64,000 nt of DNA from Sedimentisphaeraceae bacterium JB056 (GTDB taxonomy: Bacteria; Planctomycetota; Phycisphaerae; Sedimentisphaerales; Sedimentisphaeraceae): NCBI GenBank assembly GCA_044440125.1, contig JBITAJ010000018.1, forward strand, positions 64,001-128,000, read 5' to 3'. Below are positions 9,572 through 20,119 of this stretch, piece by piece (position 1 is the first letter of the stretch; every line of letters starts with the position of its first letter). A program made the translations under genes and the position numbers. The notes beneath the pieces were generated by a model that worked only from the letters and a program-made list of their open reading frames with translations, ran no database searches and had not been told where the DNA came from.

Positions 9572-10780
9572 CTATTTGAGTGATTCAAGCGGAATTCTGC
9601 TGACGCCGATTTGTTCTTTGCTGATTGCGTAAGAAACCCATAAGCTATCGCCGATCACTATGGCATCGGGATACTGGAATCCGGGGCCTTTATGGTCACC
9701 AGGGTTCTTTTCCCTGCAATTTGATGCTCCGCAACGGATAACGTATGACTTGTCGAAATGTACTCCATCGGTTGATAGTGATATCATTATAGGATCTCTG
9801 AGCCATAATTTGTCAATGTTGTTGCCTATAATGTAAATTCTGCCGTCAGGCAATGAGCCGGCAACACATTTTGATGGGCTGTCGGGTATATTGGTTTTGT
9901 ATGCTTTGCTCCATTGTGCTCCCGGCTTATCTCTCAGTGCGGCATAGAGTCTTAAACTTCTCTTTATGTCTCGATAAATACCGACTTCCTTGCCGTCTGG
10001 TCTTGTGAAGTAAGTTGGTTCACAAAAACCGGCATCATCGTCTGTTTTTGCGAAGAAATACTTACTTTTTTTCTCGTCTACTTTCTTTTTGAGGGCAGTC
10101 AAGTCTTTAAGAAGCTCTTCGTTGCATGCCATGTTGTAAGGCTTTATGAAATCGTAATCTTCAGGTGAGTTTTCTGAAAGCCAGTAGAGCTCTTCTTTTT
10201 CAGGGTTTTCTATATTCACGAGCTTAGCTATTTTAGGTAAGTCTCTATATACCGGTGTTTTATTGTTGCCGTCTTCTTTCCAGTCTATCATTCTTTTTAC
10301 AGTGGCGAGAGCATAAAGTTTGCCGTTTATTTCTTCAAATGTAGGCCAAAGTCCTGTACCTATATTGCCAGGGCCTGTCATTTCACCTATTGAATCTATC
10401 AATACTTGTGGTTTTGACCATTTAATAGGCTGGTGTTGTTTAAGCCCAGAGTTGTCGAGTCTGATCTTTTCTTCGCTATATGAAAAAAGTGCTCTTGTGC
10501 CAGGTGAATCTTCGTAATTGCGATGTGAAAACCAGGTTGCGTAAAGCCTATCATTGTAAAAAGCGAGCATTGGACCATGGTTGAACATGCCTAATTTTTC
10601 ATTTCCTGTAAAAAGTGTGTAATGTTTTACACCGGATAGTACTTCAAGACCGACATCGGCTTTTGATGCATCAGGCCAAGGTGCTGTCCATTTTATACAT
10701 GCTTTGTATGTGTCTTCTGAGTAAGCATTTATGCTTATGACTAAAGTTAGTGCAGTTAGAAGTGATAGTTTGCTGGTCAT
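9572..10780 (-). CDS. Secreted sialidase-fold beta-propeller hydrolase, paralog 2
   Basis: Same motifs as 8357..9538, with long identical stretches (AYKTNIPDSPSKCVAG, EKNPGDHKGPGFQYP). Confidence 0.75.
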   Translation of the reverse strand: MTSKLSLLTALTLVISINAYSEDTYKACIKWTAPWPDASKADVGLEVLSGVKHYTLFTGNEKLGMFNHGPMLAFYNDRLYATWFSHRNYEDSPGTRALFSYSEEKIRLDNSGLKQHQPIKWSKPQVLIDSIGEMTGPGNIGTGLWPTFEEINGKLYALATVKRMIDWKEDGNNKTPVYRDLPKIAKLVNIENPEKEELYWLSENSPEDYDFIKPYNMACNEELLKDLTALKKKVDEKKSKYFFAKTDDDAGFCEPTYFTRPDGKEVGIYRDIKRSLRLYAALRDKPGAQWSKAYKTNIPDSPSKCVAGSLPDGRIYIIGNNIDKLWLRDPIMISLSTDGVHFDKSYVIRCGASNCREKNPGDHKGPGFQYPDAIVIGDSLWVSYAISKEQIGVSRIPLESLK

Positions 10781-10865
10781 TGTTTACCTCTCTTAAAGAT
10801 ACTGTTTAATGTTAACAACTTTATATGTTTATTCTATAAATTAATCTGTTGAAATCAAATATATT

Positions 10866-10927
10866 TTGTAAAAAGACTGAAAAAACGAGATAATTTTCTT
10901 GAAATAATTTTTCAGTCTTTTTACAAT
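10866..10927 (+). promoter_or_regulatory. Divergent promoter region: 19-bp perfect inverted repeat overlapping a sigma70 promoter
   Basis: TTGTAAAAAGACTGAAAAA (10866-10884) and TTTTTCAGTCTTTTTACAA (10908-10926). TTGAAA(10899)-N17-TACAAT(10922). Confidence 0.65.
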
Positions 10928-10981
10928 ACCAATATAGCGTGTTCTATTTTTTTTATTACTCATTTTATAAAGGAGAGCAAT

Positions 10982-12346
10982 ATGTATAGATCAAGGTTGT
11001 TAATTCTAACAACGGCAATTCTGGTTTTAGGTATGCATGCCTATGCTTCACTGGATGATGTAATGCTTGGTTATCATCCTCTTACTGACAAGTCACCCTT
11101 AGCCATTCGTGACACTAATGCGTTTGATTTTATTACTCAGGCAAGCTGGACCATCGATGATAATATTGATGCTGTCTTATGGCTTGAGACAGGGATGATG
11201 CTTTCAGGTTCTGCTGAAGGTAATCTAAGGCTTTATGATCCTTCCTTAGCTCAGCTTGATGTGGTCTCAGGGCTGGGAACCATTACAGATCTTGGTGCAA
11301 TGCATAATGGCAACGTAGCTGTTTGTACAAGCGAAGGTTATTTGTATGTATATTCAGTCGTTGATAATGCACTTAGTCAGGTGAGTTTCAGAGATGTAAG
11401 CCCGCTTTCATTTATATCATTGGGCGTACAAAGTACAGACCATATCGTAGTTGCATGTTACAACGGAAACACGCAGCACCTGAAAAGGGTTACAAGCTCA
11501 CTCGGAAATGCCGGCGGAGCAGTAATTCCAAATACGGATGCTAACTCTGTTGATTTAGTTGTATTAAGTGACGACAGGGTGGGGATAGCTCTTGATGATC
11601 AGCAAGTAAGACTTATAAGCCCTGATATGAGTACAAGATTGGCTTACTATAAAGATGGCAATACCCCTGGTAACGGCTATTATATATTTGATGTTGATGT
11701 TTTGAGTGACGATACTCTTGTTTTAGCATATAGAAGGTTGTCTGATGGTACAACTGCTATTAGGCTCAGGGGTGGAGAAACTCTTGGTACTCATGTTGGC
11801 TATAGAGGTTTTCCCGGATATGGTGACTGTGTAGCAGTAACATCTGATGACGAAGTTGTCTATGCCGGAACTGGTGGTGTATTGAGATTGCTGGCTACGC
11901 CTGATTTAGGCAATTTAGCATATAAAACAGCTAATGCAAATGGTTTGGAGTTTGGTGATATCTATGTTCAGGGTGCACCTCCTGTAACTATTACTGCTCC
12001 ATTAGACAGAGTTGTGGCTGGCGCCGCAATAGACATACTCTGGGACGCCAACAGCTCAGCTGGCAGTAATGTAAAGATTGAATTTTCAAGAGATAACGGT
12101 AATACCTGGAGTATTGTTGCAGATTCAACTGTAAACGATGGCAGCTACCAGTGGATTGTACCGGATATCATTTCTACAGAGTGCTTGATTAGAATTACAG
12201 AAGACACTTATTATAATTTTAATGTTAATGATCAGCCCTTTGAAATATTCGAGTGTGCGGTACCTGATCTTAATGGTGACTGTATTTCAAACATACCGGA
12301 TATTCAGTTGATGGCTTCAGATTGGCTCAGCAACATTGACAACTGA
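10982..12346 (+). CDS. Secreted beta-propeller-like protein with Ig-like domain and C-terminal EF-hand/dockerin-like tail
   Basis: AAGGAG RBS and signal peptide. Blade-like repeats, VKIEFSRDNGNTW...NDGSYQWIVP domain, and tail CAVPDLNGDCISNIPDIQLMASDWL. Confidence 0.6.
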   Translation: MYRSRLLILTTAILVLGMHAYASLDDVMLGYHPLTDKSPLAIRDTNAFDFITQASWTIDDNIDAVLWLETGMMLSGSAEGNLRLYDPSLAQLDVVSGLGTITDLGAMHNGNVAVCTSEGYLYVYSVVDNALSQVSFRDVSPLSFISLGVQSTDHIVVACYNGNTQHLKRVTSSLGNAGGAVIPNTDANSVDLVVLSDDRVGIALDDQQVRLISPDMSTRLAYYKDGNTPGNGYYIFDVDVLSDDTLVLAYRRLSDGTTAIRLRGGETLGTHVGYRGFPGYGDCVAVTSDDEVVYAGTGGVLRLLATPDLGNLAYKTANANGLEFGDIYVQGAPPVTITAPLDRVVAGAAIDILWDANSSAGSNVKIEFSRDNGNTWSIVADSTVNDGSYQWIVPDIISTECLIRITEDTYYNFNVNDQPFEIFECAVPDLNGDCISNIPDIQLMASDWLSNIDN

Positions 12347-12377
12347 TATATAGCGTACGAACTTAACGAGGTTTAAA

Positions 12378-13172
12378 ATGAAAAAGAAAAACGGCTTCAC
12401 ATTAATCGAACTTCTTGTTGTTATATCAATAATCGCTGTGTTAATGGCAATTATGATGCCTGCACTATCAAAGGCACGTGAAGCGGGTAAGAGAGTTGTT
12501 TGCGGCAGCAGGCTCAAACAGCTTGAGATGGCTCATACGTTGTATGTGCAGGATAGAGGTGCTTTTATGTCTTACGATATCGATCAGATATTTATTACGA
12601 CATTGGCTCCTTATCTCTCTGATATGGATGAGATCAGGTTTTGCCCTGTTGCTAACAAGGTAAGGTATCAGTCTGACTGGCTTTGGAGCGGGAATACTGA
12701 TTTCATTCATGGAAGTACAAACAGTGCATGGAGATGGCAGGCCTCAGCAACTACCGCATCAAACAGAAAGCCTGAAGAGGGCAGTTTTGGTATGAATGTT
12801 TATCTCTTCAACACACAAGGCGGTGATGAGCGATATCCGGGTGGTTATAATCCTGCAACAATGATTTCTACACCGTTCCCTACTTCATGGTGGAAAAGAC
12901 CGGAGAATATCTCTAATCCTTACGAAGTGGGTGTTTTCGCTGATTGTGTATATGTGGCCTTTGCTCCACAGAACAACAACCCGATTCCTTCAGAGGTTGA
13001 GGTTGGTGAGAATAACAATGGTATTGGCCGTTTATGCATGGACAGGCATAATATGAAGGTTAATATTGTATTTGCTGATGGCCATTGCGAACCTGTGAAG
13101 CTTAGCGATCTTTGGTCGCTTCAATGGAGCCGTACATGGGAGAAAAAGTACGATGTTGAAATCGGTAGATAA
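12378..13172 (+). CDS. Prepilin-type N-terminal cleavage/methylation protein with H-X9-DG C-terminal motif (DUF1559-like)
   Basis: [35 protein letters not shown]...C.S.LKQ at the N-terminus. [14 protein letters not shown] is an exact H-X9-DG. Confidence 0.9.
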   Translation: MKKKNGFTLIELLVVISIIAVLMAIMMPALSKAREAGKRVVCGSRLKQLEMAHTLYVQDRGAFMSYDIDQIFITTLAPYLSDMDEIRFCPVANKVRYQSDWLWSGNTDFIHGSTNSAWRWQASATTASNRKPEEGSFGMNVYLFNTQGGDERYPGGYNPATMISTPFPTSWWKRPENISNPYEVGVFADCVYVAFAPQNNNPIPSEVEVGENNNGIGRLCMDRHNMKVNIVFADGHCEPVKLSDLWSLQWSRTWEKKYDVEIGR

Positions 13173-13206
13173 TTTGAATCAAACTTTTATGAAAAGGATA
13201 ATTAAT

Positions 13207-14493
13207 ATGAAAAGTACAAGTATTGCAATATTAGCAGCTATAAGTATTTTTACATTTTCAGTATTCGCTGTTTCGCCGGTTCAGTGGACGGCACCGGTTC
13301 CTGACAGTTCTCTTACTGCAGCAGGATTACCTGTGCTTGGTGGAACTACCGACTATACTGTTTATAGTGTTGGGACGACTCTTGGCACATTTAGCCATGG
13401 CGTAAATATGAGTTATGCTAACGGGATAATCTTTGCTACATGGACTTCACATGATGGTTATGAAGGAGCCGCAGGGTCGCGAGTTCTGTATTCAAAATCT
13501 ATAGATGGTGGGCAGACATGGAGTCCTGCAGCAGTGATAATAGATTCTATTGGTACAATGGCTGATCCTCCTGCGACAGGTACAGCTCTTAACAGCAGAA
13601 AAGTCGAAGTTAAAAATGGCAGGATGTATATGTTGGCTTCTGTGCGTGATATAACAAGCTGGGATGGTACAGGTGATGATATTGTTCCTGTAACAACTTA
13701 TCTTGGAATTGTTGGTGTTAACCTTGACAGCAACGGTGATCCTTACGGACCTGTTTTCTGGCTTAAAGATGATGCTCCTGCCGGACATGAATCAATGGAA
13801 GACTGGAACTCTCTTGACAGTGCAACATATCCCTATGCCGTAGAAGATACAAAAGATATTAATGGTGCTCTCAGTGGCGTTTATCATTATATGAGTACTT
13901 ATGATGTTACTGCTTCAGATGGCGCCAGCTTGACTGAGCCGACTTTTTATACATGTAAAGACGGTCAGCAGATATCTCTTTTCAGGACAGGTGATGAGGC
14001 GTTGTCTCTTTATGCTGCCGTGCGTGCTGATTATAATTCTGCGTGGTCAGCTGCAGAGGAAAGCTCTATTCCTGACAGTCACAGTTTGAATGAGGCAACT
14101 GTATTGCCTGATGGCAGTGTTGTTCTTTTAGGTAACAATACGCCGGAACTTTACTACCGTGATGTACTCGTTATTTCTCGCTCTATTGATGGTTACGATT
14201 TTAATCTTGCATGGGCTCTTCGCTATGATCCTCCTGCAATCGTATACAAGAACACTGGCGACCATAAGGGTACTGGATATCAATATCCAGGTTCCGTTCT
14301 TGTGGGTGATAATCTATGGGTAGGATATTCAGAGAACAAAGAGAGTGTCGGAGTTACAAAGATTCCATTGTCAAGAATCATGCGTCCGTTTGCTGATCTT
14401 ACCTCTGATGATGCAGTTGACTATTTCGACTTTATTGAAACAGGAAGTTTCCTGAATGATTGCGGTGATCCAGCGGATCCTAACTGCATCTAA
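13207..14493 (+). CDS. Secreted sialidase-fold hydrolase, paralog 3, with EF-hand/dockerin-like tail
   Basis: Start placed at ATG 13207 after AAGGA. Asp-box SIDGGQTW, EPTF, GDHKGTGYQYP...LWVGYSENKE, and tail ADLTSDDAVDYFDF...DPNCI. Confidence 0.75.
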   Translation: MKSTSIAILAAISIFTFSVFAVSPVQWTAPVPDSSLTAAGLPVLGGTTDYTVYSVGTTLGTFSHGVNMSYANGIIFATWTSHDGYEGAAGSRVLYSKSIDGGQTWSPAAVIIDSIGTMADPPATGTALNSRKVEVKNGRMYMLASVRDITSWDGTGDDIVPVTTYLGIVGVNLDSNGDPYGPVFWLKDDAPAGHESMEDWNSLDSATYPYAVEDTKDINGALSGVYHYMSTYDVTASDGASLTEPTFYTCKDGQQISLFRTGDEALSLYAAVRADYNSAWSAAEESSIPDSHSLNEATVLPDGSVVLLGNNTPELYYRDVLVISRSIDGYDFNLAWALRYDPPAIVYKNTGDHKGTGYQYPGSVLVGDNLWVGYSENKESVGVTKIPLSRIMRPFADLTSDDAVDYFDFIETGSFLNDCGDPADPNCI

Positions 14494-14526
14494 TTCTGAA
14501 CTAAGTCTTACCAACATGGAGAATCA

Positions 14527-16179
14527 ATGAACCGACGTGATTTTATAGAAAGTTTTGCTGGAACATCTCTGGCCGCAGCATCAACAGCTTTTGCTGCGGC
14601 ACAGGGAGGTTCGACTGAAAAGTCTTCTATGCCGAAGTTTGCGAATCAATCTTCTGTAAGACACAAGAAGCCTAATGTATTGATACTTATGACAGATCAG
14701 CAGAGGCCTGATTCTCTTGGTTGTTATGGTTCAAAAATAGCTAAGACGCCAAATATTGACAGTCTTGCCAATGGCGGGGTGCTCTTTGAAAACTGTTATG
14801 TGCAAAATCCTCTATGCTGTCCATCACGATATACCATGCTTACCGGACAATATCCTCATAGTCATGGAGTAATGTCGAATTGGTATAAGCCGCGTGAAGG
14901 ATTGAAGAGTTTTGCTCATGTCCTTGGCTCTGCCGGTTATCAGAGTGCAGCAATAGGAAAGATGCATCTAACTCCGTGGTATGATAACTTTGGTTTTGAC
15001 GGTAGAATCATCGCTGAGCCAAAGATGGAAGTAGGGCATCAGGATGATTATGGTACTTTTATAAATAAGCATGGATATACTCGTGAACAGATGTATCCGT
15101 GGAATGATAAGTTTCTTAAACAATGCACTGCAATAGACTCTAATGTTCCTGCGGAACTGCATATAGACTCTTTTGTAGGTAAGAGTGTCTGTGAATATCT
15201 CAATAGAATTGATGAAGATATTCCGTTCTGTTGTATGGGGTCTTTTGTAAGTCCTCATAATCCGTACGATCCGCCTGAGCCTTATAATAAGCTTTTTAAG
15301 GATACGAAGTTTCCGCCTAAAAATATGGGCAAAGATGAGATTAATGAAAAGCCCAGAGAAGCTTATGATTATATAAATGAAGTGCTAAGTGCGGATTGGG
15401 GAGTGACGACAGATAAGTTTTCTGACGAGCAGCTTCATCGCATAAAAGCCAACTATTACGGGCTTAATACATTGATTGATGACTGGATCGGAAAGATTAT
15501 AGATACCCTTAAGGAAAAAGGCATCTATGACAATACTATAATCATATACACCTCCGATCATGGTGATTTGCTTGGCGACCATGGATTGATATTCAAGCAG
15601 TGCTTTTATGAGCAGAGTGTAAAGGTTCCATTAATTATCCATGCTCCTGCTTATTTTGAGTCGGGGCGTGTAAATGATTTAGTGGAACTGAAGGATATCT
15701 ACAGCACCGTTTGTGAGATGGGCAGTGCAAGACCGGGAAAAGAAGCACAGTCAAAAAGCCTGATGCCTTTGCTCAAGAGAGAAAAAGGTTACGTGCATAA
15801 TGATGCTGTCTTTTCCGAAAATTATTTCGGCAAGATGATAAGAACCGGTCCTTGGAAGCTTGTTTACTACATAGGCAAAGATTATGGTGAGCTTTACAAT
15901 CTTGATAAGGATCCTCTTGAGCAGGATAATCTTTGGGATAAGAAGTCATATGCCGATATAAAGTCTGAACTGAAGTCTCGGCTGCTTGACTGGATGGCGA
16001 TATCCCAGAAATCATTGTACTTCCCAGTCCGTGACAAGCATCATGATATCAGTTACGCAGAATATGTTCAATCTGATGGAAGAGCTAAAAAGGTTGACGT
16101 TCAACCATGGTTTTTGAATGGTTTTGAAGACCTTTACGAGAAATGGGATTTTACGACAACATTGAATAAAACGATATAG
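14527..16179 (+). CDS. Sulfatase (S1, Cys-type), Tat-exported
   Basis: MNRRDFI, PNVLILMTDQQR, CCPSR, GKMHL, PHNPY, SDHGD. Confidence 0.9.
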   Translation: MNRRDFIESFAGTSLAAASTAFAAAQGGSTEKSSMPKFANQSSVRHKKPNVLILMTDQQRPDSLGCYGSKIAKTPNIDSLANGGVLFENCYVQNPLCCPSRYTMLTGQYPHSHGVMSNWYKPREGLKSFAHVLGSAGYQSAAIGKMHLTPWYDNFGFDGRIIAEPKMEVGHQDDYGTFINKHGYTREQMYPWNDKFLKQCTAIDSNVPAELHIDSFVGKSVCEYLNRIDEDIPFCCMGSFVSPHNPYDPPEPYNKLFKDTKFPPKNMGKDEINEKPREAYDYINEVLSADWGVTTDKFSDEQLHRIKANYYGLNTLIDDWIGKIIDTLKEKGIYDNTIIIYTSDHGDLLGDHGLIFKQCFYEQSVKVPLIIHAPAYFESGRVNDLVELKDIYSTVCEMGSARPGKEAQSKSLMPLLKREKGYVHNDAVFSENYFGKMIRTGPWKLVYYIGKDYGELYNLDKDPLEQDNLWDKKSYADIKSELKSRLLDWMAISQKSLYFPVRDKHHDISYAEYVQSDGRAKKVDVQPWFLNGFEDLYEKWDFTTTLNKTI

Positions 16180-16185
16180 AAACAG

Positions 16186-17598
16186 ATGAAAAAGAAACCG
16201 AATATTGTATATATATTAGCTGATGATTTGGGTTATGGCGATTTAGGCTGCTACGGAGCAGAAAAAATCCCTACCCCGAATATTGATGCTATAGCCAAAG
16301 AGGGAATGCGTTTCAGTGATGCGCATTCATCTTCCGCGGTCTGTACGCCAAGCCGGTACAGTATTCTTACAGGGCGTTATTGCTGGAGAAGCCGGTTGAA
16401 AGAGGGCGTACTTGGCGGTTTCTCACTTCCTCTCATAGAAGATGGCAGAGCAACCGCTGCTTCAGTATTGGAGTCTGCCGGTTACAACACAGCCTGTATT
16501 GGGAAGTGGCATCTTGGTTTGAAGTGGTACACCAAAGACGGAAGCCCCAAATACAGTGATGGTCAAGGTGATTATTTTGACAGTTGGAATACAGAGACAG
16601 GTTTTGATGTCGATTATCAGCGTGGGTTCGAAAAGGGGCCGCTGGATTATGGGTTTGATTCCTTTTTTGGGATTGCCGGCTCTCTTGATATGCCTCCATA
16701 CTGTTTTCTTGAAGACGACAAGTGTGCGGATATTCCAACGAAGGAAAAGGATATTTATTATCCCCAGCAAAGACGCGGTCTTATGTCTGATAATTGGGAT
16801 GATAAACTTTGCGATTATACATTTGCTATGAAAGCTGTTGATTATCTTGATTCTCGGGCAAAAGCAGATTCAGAGGATCCATTCTTTCTTTATTTGCCTA
16901 CAGCCGCGCCGCATAGACCTTGCTTGCCGCCCGATTTCATGGAAGGTGCAAGTGATGCCGGTGATAAGGGTGATATGGTGGCGATGTTCGATTGGGTAGT
17001 CGGTCAGGTGGTCGATACTCTTAAAAAGAACGGGCAATGGGATAATACATTGCTGATTGTTACAAGCGATAATGGTGCAAGGCGTTACTGTTTTAATGGT
17101 GAGGATTACGGACACAAACCAAACGGAAATCTTCGCGGTCAGAAGGCCGATATATGGGAAGGTGGACACCGAGAGCCATTGATAGTTACATGGCCGGCAG
17201 TGGTGGAAGCTGATTCTGTATGCGAAAAAATGGTTTGTTTGTCTGATTTTGTGGCAACTTGTTTCGATTTGGCAGATATCGATAAACCTTCGAATGTTGC
17301 AGAAGACAGTTGTTCCATGATGCCTTTACTATCGGGTAAACCTGGTGATTACGAAAGAAAGAATCTGATACATCACTCATTTTGGGGATGTTTTGCCATA
17401 AGAAAAGGTGATTGGAAGCTTGTTACCTCTCTTGGCTCCGGCGGGTTTACTGAACCGGTATCTGAGGAGCAGGTAGAAGGCGGTCCGGAAGGACAACTTT
17501 ACAATATTGCTGAAGATATTGAAGAAAAAGAGAATCTGTGGCTTAAAGAGCCTCAAATAAGGCAAAGCTTGATTGAATTGTTAAACAGTTTAATGTAA
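16186..17598 (+). CDS. Arylsulfatase (S1, Cys-type), no signal peptide
   Basis: PNIVYILADDLGYGD at residue 5, CTPSRYSILTGRY, GKWHLG, SDNG, WEGGHREP. Confidence 0.9.
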   Translation: MKKKPNIVYILADDLGYGDLGCYGAEKIPTPNIDAIAKEGMRFSDAHSSSAVCTPSRYSILTGRYCWRSRLKEGVLGGFSLPLIEDGRATAASVLESAGYNTACIGKWHLGLKWYTKDGSPKYSDGQGDYFDSWNTETGFDVDYQRGFEKGPLDYGFDSFFGIAGSLDMPPYCFLEDDKCADIPTKEKDIYYPQQRRGLMSDNWDDKLCDYTFAMKAVDYLDSRAKADSEDPFFLYLPTAAPHRPCLPPDFMEGASDAGDKGDMVAMFDWVVGQVVDTLKKNGQWDNTLLIVTSDNGARRYCFNGEDYGHKPNGNLRGQKADIWEGGHREPLIVTWPAVVEADSVCEKMVCLSDFVATCFDLADIDKPSNVAEDSCSMMPLLSGKPGDYERKNLIHHSFWGCFAIRKGDWKLVTSLGSGGFTEPVSEEQVEGGPEGQLYNIAEDIEEKENLWLKEPQIRQSLIELLNSLM

Positions 17599-17670
17599 AA
17601 TACTGCATTTTTAGTGAGATTAATAATCTGATACCGACTTGGTATAATAAAATATGAAAGTTAATAGAGT

Positions 17671-19017
17671 ATGAATAGAATGTTTCCTGAAAATTTCTTA
17701 TGGGGTTGTGCCAGTTCCTCTTATCAGGTGGAAGGCGGAGCCGCTCAAGATGGACGCGGTGAGAGTATATGGGATGTGTTCTCTCATCAGCCGGGAAATA
17801 TCAAGGATAATCACAACGGCGATGTGAGCGTTGACCAATACAATAGGTACCCTGAAGATGTTGCTATCATGAAGAATATGGGTCTCAATGCTTATCGTTT
17901 TTCTTTGTCATGGTCTCGATTGCTCCCAACGGGAAGAGGCGAGATTAATCAGGCGGGTGTTGATTATTACAATCGTCTGATTGACAGTCTGCTTGAAGCT
18001 GATATTGAACCGTGGATAACACTGTTCCACTGGGATCTACCTCAGGCATTGCAGGAAGATTTTGGCGGTTGGGAGTCTAAGGTAGTTGTTGATTACTTTG
18101 CTGATTATGCTCGCCTTGTGGCAGAGAAATATTCTGACAGGGTGAAGAATTACTTTACGCTCAATGAGTTCTTCTGTTTTACCGATAAGAGTTACGGCAC
18201 ATGTGAATTTGCTCCGGGAATAAAACTTGACCGTAAAGGCCTCAACCAGGTACGGCATAATTCTCTTCTGGCTCATGGTAAGTCGGTCAAGGCCCTGCGA
18301 GAAGCGGCGGTTTCAGAAATTAATGTAGGTCTGGCTGATAATCCAAGGATATTCGTGCCTGCTATAGAGACCCAGGAGTATATTGATGCGGCTCAAAAGG
18401 CTATGAGAATACAGAATGCACCGTTTATGACAACCATTCTGGAAGGTGCGTATCCGCAGGAGTATCTCGAGCAGCAAGGGGCTGATTCTCCAGAGTTTAC
18501 AGATGAAGAGATGAATATAATCTCTGAGAAGATAGATTTTGTAGGCATAAATGCTTATTATCCTATGTATGTCCGTCCTGCAGACAATAAGCTTGGTTAT
18601 GAGATTATAGATGCTCCTAAAGAGTACCCAACTATGGGAGCTGATTGGATTAAATTTGGTCCTCAGATAATATACTGGGCAGTACGGCATGTCAATGAGA
18701 TATGGGATGTTGACAATATCTACATAAGCGAAAACGGCTGTGCGGCGACAGATGAAATCAATGAAAATCGAGAGATTCTCGATGTTGACAGGATTGCCTA
18801 TCTCAGAGAGCATCTCAACAGTGCTTTGAGAGTGATTGAAGAGGGCTATCCGCTTAACGGATATTTTCTGTGGAGCTATATTGATAATTTTGAATGGGCA
18901 GATGGATATAACTATCGATTTGGCATTGTATATGTTGATTACAAAACATTAGAGAGAATACCTAAGCTCAGTGCAGAGTTTTACAAGAATGTAATAACCG
19001 CAAATGCACTTGTTTAG
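17671..19017 (+). CDS. GH1 beta-glucosidase
   Basis: FLWGCASSSYQVEG, YRFSLSWSR, TLFHWDLP, TLNE (acid/base), ISENG (nucleophile), WSYIDNFEW. Confidence 0.95.
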   Translation: MNRMFPENFLWGCASSSYQVEGGAAQDGRGESIWDVFSHQPGNIKDNHNGDVSVDQYNRYPEDVAIMKNMGLNAYRFSLSWSRLLPTGRGEINQAGVDYYNRLIDSLLEADIEPWITLFHWDLPQALQEDFGGWESKVVVDYFADYARLVAEKYSDRVKNYFTLNEFFCFTDKSYGTCEFAPGIKLDRKGLNQVRHNSLLAHGKSVKALREAAVSEINVGLADNPRIFVPAIETQEYIDAAQKAMRIQNAPFMTTILEGAYPQEYLEQQGADSPEFTDEEMNIISEKIDFVGINAYYPMYVRPADNKLGYEIIDAPKEYPTMGADWIKFGPQIIYWAVRHVNEIWDVDNIYISENGCAATDEINENREILDVDRIAYLREHLNSALRVIEEGYPLNGYFLWSYIDNFEWADGYNYRFGIVYVDYKTLERIPKLSAEFYKNVITANALV

Positions 19018-19051
19018 TTGAATTAATTGTAATTATTTTGGATATACTATT

Positions 19052-20095
19052 ATGGCAGCACTTGTTGAAAAAGTAGCATCAAAAGCCGGCGTTTCGATCG
19101 CGACGGTATCAAGGGTGATGAATAATCATCCTAACGTCTCAAATGATAAAGTTGAGATGGTTAGAAAAGCGATCAAAGACCTTAATATAAACAAAGCTAT
19201 AACGCGAGGAAGCAAGTCGCTTAGAAGTGCAAATACAGTAGCTTTCGTTGTGACAAACAGAAATGCAGCAACGTCTTACTCTTATGTATTGACAGAGACG
19301 ATACATAGAGTATCCGAAGTGCTTGCTGATCGTGGTTACAACACTATTCTTGCCGATATATCAGAAGGCAAGGAGCTGCCAAGAATCTTTACGACATCAA
19401 GTGTAGCGGGAATGATACTTTCTGGTGATATAAAGAGCGAGAAGGTATTGAGTCAGATAAAGGATATCCCGCAGGTATGGGTGACATCACACTATTCAGA
19501 AGGTAAGGATATTGCTCTGGCAGGTAATGAAGCAGTTGGAAGAGTAGCAGCTCAATATGTACTTTCACGAGGACATAAAAGCGCTTTGCTTGTCAGTCCT
19601 TTCCGTTCGGAACCTTATAACAGCCGTTGTGATTTCTTTGAATATACCTGCATGCGAAACAATATAGAAGTTTCACGTATGAACTGTAATTTCAAAATGC
19701 CGGGTAAAAATGAAATACTTGATATGAATTGGTTTAATAGTGTGGCGTATGATTTAGCCAAGAAATTCCTCGGACTTGAGAATAGACCTACAAGTGTTTT
19801 TATACCGAGTGATATGATAACAGGTTCTTTTTATCGAGGTCTTTATGAAAATGGTGTTATACCAGGTAAAGACTTCGAGGTGATCTCGTGCGGCAATGAT
19901 TTGCTTATACTTGCTTCCTTATACCCGATTCCAACGACTATTGATATAGGTCCTAAGCTTATGGCAGAGAGAGCCGTTGAGCAGCTCTTGTGGCGAATAA
20001 ATAACCAGGAAGAAGAACGTAACTTCAAGGCTTTTATTGAGCCTATACTGATAAAGAGTCCAGATATAAAATCAGAGAAATTTGGACAAGAATAA
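19052..20095 (+). CDS. LacI-family transcriptional regulator
   Basis: VASKAGVSIATVSRVMN helix-turn-helix followed by a periplasmic-binding-like effector domain. Confidence 0.9.
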   Translation: MAALVEKVASKAGVSIATVSRVMNNHPNVSNDKVEMVRKAIKDLNINKAITRGSKSLRSANTVAFVVTNRNAATSYSYVLTETIHRVSEVLADRGYNTILADISEGKELPRIFTTSSVAGMILSGDIKSEKVLSQIKDIPQVWVTSHYSEGKDIALAGNEAVGRVAAQYVLSRGHKSALLVSPFRSEPYNSRCDFFEYTCMRNNIEVSRMNCNFKMPGKNEILDMNWFNSVAYDLAKKFLGLENRPTSVFIPSDMITGSFYRGLYENGVIPGKDFEVISCGNDLLILASLYPIPTTIDIGPKLMAERAVEQLLWRINNQEEERNFKAFIEPILIKSPDIKSEKFGQE

Positions 20096-20119
20096 TAACT
20101 TTTACAGAAAAGAAACACC

